A DNA stretch of 64,000 nucleotides, taken from positions 7,626,001 to 7,690,000 of the forward strand of contig OZ059894.1 in NCBI GenBank assembly GCA_964057225.1, in the 5' to 3' direction. The position numbers and the translations under genes are program-made. The first letter of the stretch is position 1. Each line of letters opens with the position of its first letter. Shown piece by piece: positions 13,601-25,800 of the stretch. Below the pieces are notes generated by a model, which was not told the DNA's origin, ran no database searches, and was given only the letters and a program-made list of their open reading frames with translations. Origin of the DNA: Auanema rhodensis. Lineage: Eukaryota; Animalia; Nematoda.

Positions 13601-16600
13601 ATCTATAAGAGTTGAAATAAATTGTTGTTTTCTAACTGTTTGGCTTTCTATGCGCAATAACCTTGCGGCTCATCTTTTTTCCCTCCCTCCTCATTTATTT
13701 CTCTCTAATAGTACTTTTTTCCGGGTAACATAAAAAGAAAGAGATCAGTTGGAGCCATCCCTCCTCCCTTCGTAAATGCCTGTCACGATTTTCAGGAAGA
13801 CATTCTCGGATTACATGAAAACCTCCATCAGCAGACAGCCCTACTAGCCTTTATTGGAATTGCCTCATGACGATAACTGGTATGTGTACACATAAATATA
13901 TTTCAGATAGTTTATTTGAGTTTTAAGCCTTCAACTTCATTTTTTTCAAACCGTAAAATGGTGAAACTAAGCTGTTAATCCATAATATATATGTATTTAT
14001 GGAAGGTTATCATTTAAAAAAACCTGTACATGTATTTACATAGTATTAGTTTCATTTTTTAACTCAAAAAATATGATGTTTCCTAGAGAGAGTGGATTTC
14101 CTCAGAAAGTATTTTGTAGCAGATAAGAAAAGCGATATTATGCAATAAATAAAATAGAATGGGCCCCGCTTATTATAGACGCTCGAATGAGAAACTGACC
14201 AAAAAAAATTAGTTTATATTCCTTCCGGTTTTTGCGCATTTAACTGAGTTACAACTTCGAGATGAGACAGAAATGATTATTCAGAATAGATAGAATAGAA
14301 AAAAACACTTTTTTTGAAGATAATGACTTTAAAAAGGTTAAAAATAAGACAAATAGCTCAAACAACTTGAGAGGCAAACGATATCAAATCACTGAGATTA
14401 CTTCAAGTTAATTGAAAGTGGATGTCGCCAGAATAGCAGGAAATGATTGAGAACGTATGGATGAAATTGGAGGAGAATAGGAAAATTGTGATTACCCAAC
14501 AATTTATATTATTTCGTTGGAAAAAAACTTAAAAATTTGCACTTTCAAAGATAAATAAGAATTTTGTTCGTTAAGTATTGTAGTCAATAACCAAAATATC
14601 TATGTATATCTTCAGTCGGCACTAGAAAGTACAAAGCCATTCTCTGCTTTCTTTTATTCTTTTCAAGAATAGAGAAGATAGTTGAGTTGAGAAATGATGA
14701 ACAGATGACTCTATCATGCAAGTCTGACAAGAAAGTTTTGAAAATCTCGAAAACGTGAAGCATTCAAGGTCATGTCGTTTGAGCGCAAAATGAGGTTAAA
14801 CAAGCAAGACTCATGTAGTGATAAACAGTCACGCAAGAGTTTTGTCTCAAGAGTATCCAAGACCGACATCATCTACCAATGATTATAACTCAAACATTTA
14901 AAAATTGACTGAGAAATCGGATAACGTCTGAAGTACATTTGGATTAAAAATTTTTGTGAATTACAAAAAATAGGATATTGAATATAAAATGTGGAAAATG
15001 TCAAAAACAAAAAGTTTTAAAATTGTAGAGTATTTCTCGAATATCTGGCATAGCCAGACTGAAGCTATAAGACAATGTGAAGACAGAAAACATAAAGACA
15101 AGATGACGATTTTATGTCTTTCTCGAATATGTTCTCAACAGAATTACAGAAAAAAAAAGAAAAAATAACAAATGGAGACAAGGCTTCTATAAAGTTTTTA
15201 AGCTCTTATAAAGAAGGTTTTAAGTCAAGCGTCTTGATGACAAGTGCAACGTTTCAGCTGGTCGCAATTTGAATGTTCTGAAGAAACTAATTTAATTAAT
15301 CCAGTTCGAATGAATACGAAGAACTCCTTGAGGTTGGACATCTTTTGCATCATCGTACCTAACTGGATAAGCTACAGAATAGGAAAATGAAAGAGGGATC
15401 AGAGAAATAAATTAGATAAAGGAAATGATCAAAAACGGAATGAAGGCTTCAGAAAAAAGCAAGGTGTGAAGACAAAGGTTGAGAGAAATGTAAGCAAAAT
15501 AAAATAAAAAAGAAGAAAAGATAAGAATATGAGCTGGATGAGTAAGAGAAAAAAGGAGAAAGAATTGAGAGATAAGAGGAAAAGAAAAAGATGAAGCAAA
15601 GGAATATACGAATAAAAAAAGAACAAAATACAACCGCATTCTGAAGCGAAAAAATAAATAAATAAAACTGAGATTTGCCACGTGAGTTTTCACGTGTCGA
15701 CGAACATTGGCAGAAATTCATTTTGCGGTTTAGGCAGTCAGTTAGACGAGAAGGTTAATGCCTGTTGTAAACAGCTTTCAGACGGCAAAGAAGAAAAAGA
15801 AAAACGGAATGGCCTACATATACGATTATCTAGTTACTATATGTCTATATGACCCTGTCTGACAACTGTTTGCTATGAGGTGAATAAATCTTACTAATTA
15901 TCCCATTCTCACTACATAAAGGGTGAATCTTAGCACCCTTAACACCAGTAAATCCTACAACTTTAAAGTTCAATGAATTGGTTTCCACAAATGGAAAAAT
16001 ATTGAGTGTAATAAAATTTATGTCATTGATCAAAAAAGTGTAATTGAACAAAGAAAATGACTGGAAATAGCAAAAACTTTTAATTTACAGCGAACAACAT
16101 TGTTCATATGTTCCTCCAATATGTTTAATCAAGTTAGAATTAAAATCTGATCTGAAACAGCTGTTTTCTATCATCATTTCTAAATGAAAGATATAAATAC
16201 GTCTGTCTGAATTAATTTTATTTTATCATTTTTCTCATTTTTTTTGTGTTCAGTGCTTTGTTCGTTGATAGAACTTTGAAACAAAATATATTTTAAGACA
16301 TGTTATTGATGAAATGTACCTCACTCTGATTGCATCTCAATTTTCTCAGACATATAATTGAAAAACTCTTGAGCCGTTCACATACAACTTTGTTGAGTTG
16401 TACTCCATTGTATTATCTGATCTGAATACTTCTGGCCTAGCTTGTATTTCGATTAATAAAAACTTTTCAATCATTATATTAGCGTATTGAATAAACATTA
16501 AGCTATATTATAGCAACATAGATTTACATCCTAGCCAAGCTTTTGTAAGTCAGGCGGAAATTACTAGAATTTCCTTACCAACCTAGCGCAACATTCTAAT

Positions 16601-17704
16601 AATTGACCGGAAAATATCAAAAAGCAATTATACGGAATTTATGCTTTAATCATATATGAGGACAATTTCCTATTTTTCTTTTGACTCTAGAAAATGGAAA
16701 ACTAAATTAAATAAGGAAAAGAGCGTTTTTAACGATTTTGTTGCGAAATAATTAGAGTTATGCCCGTGAACAGGTACATCTGCTACTAGCTCAGTGACTA
16801 TAGATGAAGCATTATAGGGTTGAAGTCCGTTTTTTTTCGACAAAATATTGACAATTAGTGTGGCAGAAAACTTGAAGTATGTTCAAGACATTCCGCTTTC
16901 GAAAATTGTTGGGAAGTACATCATGGCGATCATATTATAAACAAGAACATAAGCTAAAGAGTTAATGGAAAAGATTTCTATTTATTCTATATTTGAAGTC
17001 AGAATTTTAAATATTTGATGAAGGGGACGAGAACAATGATGCAATTAATTTCCGAATAGGTTGTTGCAGATATTTTATAGTTCTCTTTGAAACACTTAAA
17101 ACGATATACGTTTAAGTAGTGGAATGTAGCTCAAAACTGAAACTTTTGTTTAATCAATAGCTGGAAGAGAATTTTTTTGTCAGCTTTAAAAAAGGTTTTT
17201 GAGTGAAAGGTTAAAAGAAACAGATGATATTATTTTCTTTAGGAGAAGTTAAATAACCTCAAAATAAGGAAGTATGATTATCTGTTTGAAACAGAGACAT
17301 AAGATAAGAAGATGTATGAAATAGATGAAGAAGCAAATAGAAAGAAAAGAAAAAGAGTGAAAGAGAACAGAGATAGTTGGTTACATACATATGCATGTAC
17401 TAATTCAGATAATATTAGAATATATTAAGATTATTTTAAATCTCGAAAGATAATTACCTAATCATTGCACTAATGCAGGAACTATTTCAACTCTTTTCTC
17501 TCTAACGTATTTTGATTTACAATTAATGTTATTTAAAATAAAATGATATAATATTTCAAATGTTATAAGAAAAAAGATCATCAAACAAGAAAATAATATA
17601 CTGACACTCTCGATTAAATTATATATGTTTAGGTATATATGTATAATATATTATGTTTGAGGTTAGCTAAAGATGAAATATTGAAAAACAATTTGAATAA
17701 GTAC

Positions 17705-17819
17705 TATTTGTAGCAATTGAACGATTTTTTTCATCAATATCTGCAACATTTTCGTTATTTTGATAGTTGGAACCAACTTCTTTACTGAAGTAATGTGTAG
17801 ATTCCCGTGAGAGTTGAAA
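17705..17819 (-). CDS. possible distal exon of the left gene (FQLSRESTHYFSKEVGSNYQNNENVADIDEKNRSIATN)
   Basis: TTTTTCAG acceptor, weak A|GTACTT donor, phase 1 fits exon 10563-10697; a second frame is also open, so the reading is ambiguous. Confidence 0.3.
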
Positions 17820-18838
17820 CTGAAAAAGGAAAAGCCATCTTCTTGTGAAGGTTCAAATGGTTACAATCTATTCATGGTTCTTACTAAAATGCACCATTAT
17901 GAGTTAGGGCGGAGACGAAGTATGAACATTGATGATGAAGATTTGTGCTTTGAGTAATGCTAAATAGGAAGACATATTGTGAATATTTGGTGTTTCAGAC
18001 AATATACTAATGAAAAAATATTTTGATCTCATTTAAATAAGTTGCAAATGTAAAATGTTGTTCTAATTGGTTAGAGAATAGGGGAGGAAACACACTTTGT
18101 ACAGTTTATTGGTAGAATCAAGGTTTTTTCAACGACCAATCGTCACCATGCATATCTTCTGAAAACGAATATTTTCATTTTCTAACTCCCACAGGGTGCT
18201 GGTTTTCAATTTCCATCCATTTGTAGTAGATAACAAGATATTTTACTGCCTTTACAAGACGATTTTTTAAGAGAATACATAAAATATAAATAGTTAAAAT
18301 ATTAAATAATTTGAAAACGTAGTTCTAACAAATACGAAAAACAGTTTATGCCTTTTCAAGTATTTCTTCTTTTCTCGTACTTATGTTTAAACTAATAGCC
18401 AAACACAACATGACTTAGCCAATTAAACTTTCAAAGACTTTTCATGATAAATACCTATTTCATGTAGTTCTTTGTCAGCATTTCAACTTTCTTTTAAGCA
18501 TTAAACTTTTCTTTTCTTGTACTTCTGGCCCCCCTTCTATAAACATGAATCCTATTTCTGATGATGACAGAAAATCAAAATATTTATGTCGAATATGTAC
18601 ATATTTCATCAAACAGATTGAAATATTTTTGTTTTGTGTATATGTATTTCATTTAACTTTAATAATATTTGTTGAAATATTAATAAAAAAATTAGGAATT
18701 GAAGAGAAATAATGTTTATAACAATTATATACATAGAATAAATGTATATACAACATACATAGATATATTAAATGTTCAAATTATCTATATGTATCTATTT
18801 TCTTTGAAAAATAATGTACAGTTCATAGACTTCTGAAT

Positions 18839-18844
18839 TTTATT
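18839..18844 (-). terminator. candidate polyadenylation signal (AATAAA) for saeg-1
   Basis: TTTATT on the + strand about 890 nt downstream of the stop; weak evidence in AT-rich DNA. Confidence 0.25.
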
Positions 18845-19729
18845 TTTTTTTCGAAAAAAGGAAAAATAGTAGTGTATGATTCTTATAGAATTTTTTTCAC
18901 ATATATACAACACATAACAAATAGTGTATAAATAAGTAACAACCGGTGGCTCTGAGATGAAACCTAAACATGTAATCCGAGAAAAATGCTGGAAATGCAT
19001 TTGATGGGTTTTGTATGAGGTTTTGAGAATTAGGGTTACAATATTTTTTAAATTAATGATTGATCACAGGAAAGATAGACCATATACAAAGACATAGGGT
19101 GAAATTAAGTTGAAATGAAATATTCGAAAAGAAAAAGGACGATATAGGTATAAGAGGATTAACCTTTGATTTTTCTCGGAAACTATATATGATGATACGT
19201 TAAAGCTTCTTGTTGAAGAAACTCATTTAACTAGATATTGAGGTTTTATATACAGAATGATGTGAGGAGGATACAGAAATACAGTGAAATGAGTATATTG
19301 AAAGCAAAAAAACATAGAACTATAGATTAAGGGATAGAAATTTGTTGGAAATATTCTACGATATTCATATATGTTATGATATGACTAGTGTGCGAAATCT
19401 GATTGGCATCGGAATAGAAAAGTCTTTCTAGGTTTTTCTGCGTTTACTTTTAGAACTCTAAGAAAATCTGTTACTGAACTGAGAATTAAGAATTGAGAAC
19501 AAAATTGATGGCACCTTAGGCATAGGTCAAGCTAATGGCAGAATATGGTGAACAAACTATTTGTATAACAATTCTGATAATATCTCTTCTAATCTATATA
19601 CTGTATCACATTTGGTTTGGTTATTTGAATGTGTACGGGACAGAATACCGTACTCTTCCACAACGTTACGGTAGGCACAGGGGTCGCATTACGGTAACAT
19701 GCCACTGACATTCGCGCCCAATTTCCAGA

Positions 19730-19840
19730 TTACGGTATGACAGTATTGAGGTGTGTTGGTTGCAGTAAAGGATGCTGTGCTCGAGGATGCACAATATTAC
19801 CCAATGCTTGAGGATTCAATACTGATTGAAATGACTGAAA
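19730..19840 (-). CDS. saeg-1: saeg-1 terminal exon (FQSFQSVLNPQ...HLNTVIP*)
   Basis: AAACAG acceptor (or TTTCAG 6 nt further in), TAA at 19730-19732. Confidence 0.85.
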   Translation of the reverse strand, partial: FQSFQSVLNPQALGNIVHPRAQHPLLQPTHLNTVIP

Positions 19841-22800
19841 CTGTTTAAAATTAGTTTAAAATAGTATTCACTTAAGTGTGTTACCTGAGAAATTCCTACA
19901 GCACCATTTGGAGAATGTGACATATGAGTCAGACTTAAAGTATTCGGAAGAACAATATTCAAGCCAGTTTGAAATAATCCCTGCAATTTAATTCATGAAT
20001 TGCTGTTAATTACATTATTATAATACCTGATTTGATTGGGGAACAACACTTTGGTGTGGTTGTTGTTGCTGCTGTTGCTGCTGTTGATGTTGCTGTTGCT
20101 GATGATGAATCTGAGCTTCTTGTTGCGCTTTAGCTTCAGCTTCCGCTCTAGCTTTCATAGCATGTGATTTCATATGTGCATTCAAAGACTAAAACAAACA
20201 AATAAATAATTATATTTAGAAACTAGTAATACCTTGACTTTCTCAAAGCATTTATCACATAGTCGACAATGGAAGAATCCATCAGCACTAGGTTGAGCGC
20301 CTTTTTTGGGTGGAGCTGCATTACCATGCACTTTCATAGGAGCATTCTGAGAACATATCACGTTTAGTTATAAGTAAATTGAAGATAATAGTATTTACAA
20401 TATGATAATTTCTATTGAATTGTGAGTTGTCTTTTGCTGAAGTTTGTCCATTTAAATGGTTATGATTTGACGTTGTTGGTAAAGTCGTATGATCTTGCGC
20501 AGGGGACGTTCCCATGAATGACTGGCTGCAAAAGAAACGAATAATATGAGCAATAATGATTCAAAGAAAAATAAAATGAAAATGTTTTAAAACTTACAAA
20601 CTGGGCGGTCTACTATCAATAAAATCTTGAAGTGCTTGGTATGGAGCTGCAGTGGTATCATGATGACGTGAGCCGTCATGTATATCGGGTTTCTCATCCA
20701 GTGAGCATTTTTTCATTGGAATAGCATCTTCAACCTACAATATTCGTAACAGTTAGAAAACAGAAATTTATCAATTTAGCTTGCCTGATTCAGATTCAGC
20801 TCAAGAAGTTGTCGTTTTCGTCGCAGATTTCGAAGCTTTCGATAATCATCTGGACAACATTTTTTCCACATATAATAAAATTCCACACATTCTGTATTTG
20901 ATTTGCTTCCAACCTATAAGACGATGAAAAATTAGTAAAAATTACAAAAATTTTCAATAATACCTCTTGGGATACTTGAATAAAATCTTTTTCTGTTTTG
21001 TAAATAGCATCTTGGAATGTAGCTATCTCTTCTGGACTCCAGTATGTAGAATCAGGATAAGATGATGCAAGAATTATAGGATAATGTTGCCAATCCAGGG
21101 TGTCACATCGTAATAAATCAACGGTTGCAGCTTCAATGTTACCACTGTTTTCCATTAATAGATGTAATGCTAATTCTAAGTTGCTACCGGGTGACGGCAC
21201 TGCTTGACTACACGATAGCAATTCGAAGCCTTGAACTGAAAAAATGAAAATGAGAAAAATGTTTAATTATTGAAGTTCAATCAATAGAAGTAAGTAAAAC
21301 AAACTTTGTTCGGGATCTAGTCCTTCCAATATAGATGGAGCAAACATTAGTTGATCCTTATCAGGCAATTGTTCTAGCTCGGCTTTACTAATCTCTCGTT
21401 CTCGCCATTTATACACTTTTGCTTGATAATTGGATCCTATATTGATATGTCTGAAAATGAATATTCATTTGGAAATTCAGAAAAAAATTCTCTTACGCAT
21501 TAGCATCTGTGAATCGAGGACAGTTCTCTTCCATTTCTTCTTCTAATTCATATACAACTGAAATCGTTGATTCTTTCCTCGAACATGAACCAGATGATTT
21601 TCCATAATAATCTTCTGATCGATGAGACGAGGTAGATGCTACTGACTCTTTCCGTAAAGCTTCTAATTCATCGGCAAAATTGGCGTGATTGATTTGAGTA
21701 GCCATATAGAAGAAGCCGTTCTTTCTTGTTGGATGCTGTTGCTGTGAAATCGGTGTTGACATCGTTTCATGACATGATGGCAGCACAACAGAATCCGATG
21801 GAGAAACGGTTGTTGAGCTGCTAACGTCTTCTACTTTAAGACCAGGTGAGTCACTCATTTCTACATCATCACTAGGATTGTACAGACCAGCAGAATCAGA
21901 ATCACTGCCTCCTGAGCACGCCGATGTTGATGTTGTCTGCAAAAATAATAAAATCATAAGAAAGGTAGAAGAAGAGTTTAGTGATTTTTTATTTATTTTC
22001 ATCTTTATATGAGAGGAGAAGAAAATATGTTTTATTATTCATATTACTGCATTCTTCTGCTTTTTCTCTTAAATCGTAATGTTTCTCCGATACAATTTAT
22101 TTCTAAAACTTCACGCAATCAATAACATGAAGACCTGTGTATGTGTATGTGTGTAGAGAAATTTGTCAATTTTGTCATCGAAATTACGTCATTGAAAATA
22201 TTATATTTAAACGTATGTCTTTCTTTTGTTTAAACTATACTTACATACTACGTGAATTTGGAATTTTTAATTTTTTAAATATTTTTTGAGAATAGAGTTT
22301 GATTTGGTAATTACCTGATTTTGAGCCAGGCTTTTGGCTATTTGCCAGAATAAGCCAGAGCCGTTCCTCATTGGGCTAAGTATAGGTGGAGGTGTATATT
22401 GAGTTGTTTCACCAAATCTTGGAGCTCTCAGATGGCTGAAATGATGAAATGAATAAGATAATAGTTTTAGAAAGCTGCTATTATTACTACTAATACCACA
22501 ATATAGACTTTATAAAAAGTTTTGAGATGTGTTATAATAAAAAGCTTAAAACAGAACAATTTGATTATATTTAAGCCAAAATACGTAAAATCGGATTGAA
22601 ATTAGAATGTCAAGAAAGGAGATGATGTATATCAGATTATCAAACTGAAAACAAAAGATCTTAGACAAGCTGTAGAAGCAATTGGTCTGATGAAGGAAAT
22701 ATGAAAAAATAATACTTTTTATCAGATTTATAAACATTAAAGAGAAAGAATCAAATATTTTCTAAAAATAATCATCGGTAATCGAATAAGATAGAGAGAA

Positions 22801-25800
22801 TAAGTTGATATTGAGAGAATATTTTGATTGCATATTTGAAGGAATCATTGAATGATTACATAATAGTATGAAGATTGCAAGGCTATTTCAATAAGTTTGC
22901 TACTAGAAGAGTGCTGAATGATGTCAATTTACCAGCATTTTCAAAGGCTTCTCCGGGATAAGATGGGAAAAAACCTAGCTGCTAAGGATTATTGGATATA
23001 AAATATTATTATTAGAATAGATGAAATGTTAAAAATGGCCAGTAGGCTGGTTGAACAAAAAGCTGCAGGTATGAAGAGAAGACTTAAATAGCATAAGTTG
23101 CGCGAGAAATGTATAATAAACGGAAAAAGATTTTCATCAAATTTGGCGGAAAAGAAGAGCATATAGACCAGCAGGGGCCAGATAATCGTGCAATGAAAAG
23201 AGCAAATCTATAGAAAAACGGATTAGCATCACCTACTATGGCTGATTGAAATATGAGGTACAGTTCAAAGAAAACTTTTCTTTTTTTATAAAGGTAATGA
23301 AAATAGATTTGTTTCCGTTTTGTTGTTGTAAATATAGCACTGAGTGAACGGATTGAATCACAGAGATTAGAAACACAAACATAGTTTTGGAAGGTTGCAA
23401 ACAGTTACAAATAGTTGAGAAAAATTCTGAAGAGCAGAGAATAATGAAATATTTAGTAACAGAATGTCATAAAGAATTAATGATATAGAAATTTAGTAGA
23501 ATTGTAAGAATATGAAGTGGGTAATCAGATAGGAGAAGCTCAAAATATTTTCTAAACGGTATCTTTAAAAAAAATAATATTTAAGTTGAACAAGGGAGAT
23601 ATAATGAGAAGAATAAGAATCACCTTCGCATTCTAACATACATAGATGTGTGTATCAATACCTAGGCATTACACTCAGGATAAGAAGGCTTTATAACCAT
23701 GCTTTTTAATGCTTCTAGCATGACTATTTGGTTAAGACGATATTCCTAAAGACTATGGATGCTTTAGAAAGGACATCTAGAGGACATTTGTCATGCGATG
23801 AACCGGTTTTTCACTGGACATATCTGTTCAGTGGCAAAATTTTGGTGTTACAATGAGAGCAATAATTTGAATTAAAAAGACTAAAATAAAAAGAAACAGA
23901 AAATAAGAATATGTAAAAAGATCTTAACAGCTGAAAGAATAGACAGTAAATAGGAATTTGAAGAATAGTTCAATGAAAAACTTATTTTCAGCTCATTCAT
24001 GTAGGAAACTGATAAAGAGCTTGCTGCTGCAGACTTGCAGCAGGTTGTTTGCTAACTCAATGATAAGAAAAACATTTTATATGAGGCAGAAAAAAAAGCA
24101 AAGAAGAAAACGAAAGAAAGGAAATAAGAATAACTAAAATGAGAGAAACAACTTAATTTTTATTTGAATGGTCTTGATCAAAGCGATAGACTGGATGAAT
24201 TATCTCAAGTACTTTTCTCCGTCGATGAAACAAAATAACACAATAACTCAAACCATATAGTAAAACAATAAAGATGAAATAATTCTTCAGACGAACGAGA
24301 AATGAAAATTAGTTGGTTAGTGCTGGCGAAATAGATGACTCACAGCAGTTCACAGTTATGGATACCGCAAGTTTAGATTTTATACGAACAAATACTGCAG
24401 TAAGGCAAAGCATGGCAGAGTATTTTAAACTTGGAAATGTTTTTGAAACTATTACAACATTGAAATTTTTTTTTAGCGAAATATATATAATTTTTTTTTC
24501 CAAAAAGCAGCTGTTGCAAAAGTTCAAATGTTCTGAATGTTGGAAATGAAAACTAAAACAACGATTGGTAACGAATGATTGCGAGACGATTATAGAGTTT
24601 GCATGCATGCGGACATGGCTTCGCTGCTTTAACCGTCGGACAATGTGTTGAAAGAGAGGAAGGGAGGACGAGTGAGGAGGGGTGCAGAATATGTCTGGTT
24701 GCTCTGAGAATGCTCTCGCTGAAGTGTTCATCATAGCAAACTCACATACACCCATACAACATAGCGACCTCTGGACAACAGCCTATTTTGGATTCAGGCT
24801 GTGTTCGCATGCACGATAGAGACATGTGATCCAGTGGCAGCCCTCAAAAAAAAGGAAATAGCTTTAAAAGGACAGTCAAAATAGCATTCGAGTTGTGGGG
24901 GGTTAGTTTAGCTATTTTGATGATGATGACCGAAGACGAAAAAAGACGGATGAGATATCAATGAATAGAGAAACGGAATATGCTGATATTGGTGGAAGAA
25001 CATGACGATTGTGCTGAAGATCAGAATGGATTTTTTGTTTCGAACACTTCGATGCAACCTCTTTGGTGCCTGTTGGCTGTTTGCTTCATCATGTCTAGAT
25101 GTCTGTGTGTAACAGTTTCGGAGACGCGATGATGCCCAGAGAGGGAGAGCGATCAACAGAGAATGACAGAAAACGAGGTAGATAGAAGAGAGGCAAGAGT
25201 GTGATAGCAAAAACCGTTGTTGGTCAGACAGGCTGAAGATCTACTGCCTGACTCAAATCGCTTTCCCAATATGAAAGCAGACGAAACGGAAGATTCTGTT
25301 TGAGTAGCGACTCGTCCGGTTTGTGTTCCGAATGTTTCACTCGTGATTTCAGGATTCGGGAATAACAGCAATTAGCCAGGAGCAGCTGTTTGAAATTAAC
25401 AAAAATAGAAATAGTGAGAGAATATTGAGTAAAATAATATTATAATACATAGTATTAAAACAAAATTTGAAGTTGCTGTTTACAGAAAATACAAAGAATG
25501 ATTTGTGCCTATTTCAAAACGATTGCAGAATTAAGAATAGAGATTAGCATTCAAACCTGTAGGCTCGAAAAGTGTTATGCGATCGAAAGAGAAAACAAGA
25601 AGGTACACAGAACAGTGCAACGTGTCAAGAGTTTCTTCGGAACTATAAATGCTTTAATATGTGTTCTTTCTGCACTGCTGAGGGTCCCATACATAGAAGT
25701 CCATGCCTGCAGCTGAGACAGATATTGATAAACAGAGATAAAAATATAGAAAAAAGGGAATAAAAGGAGGGAGAAACGAAATTTGTAGGCAGACAGATAG

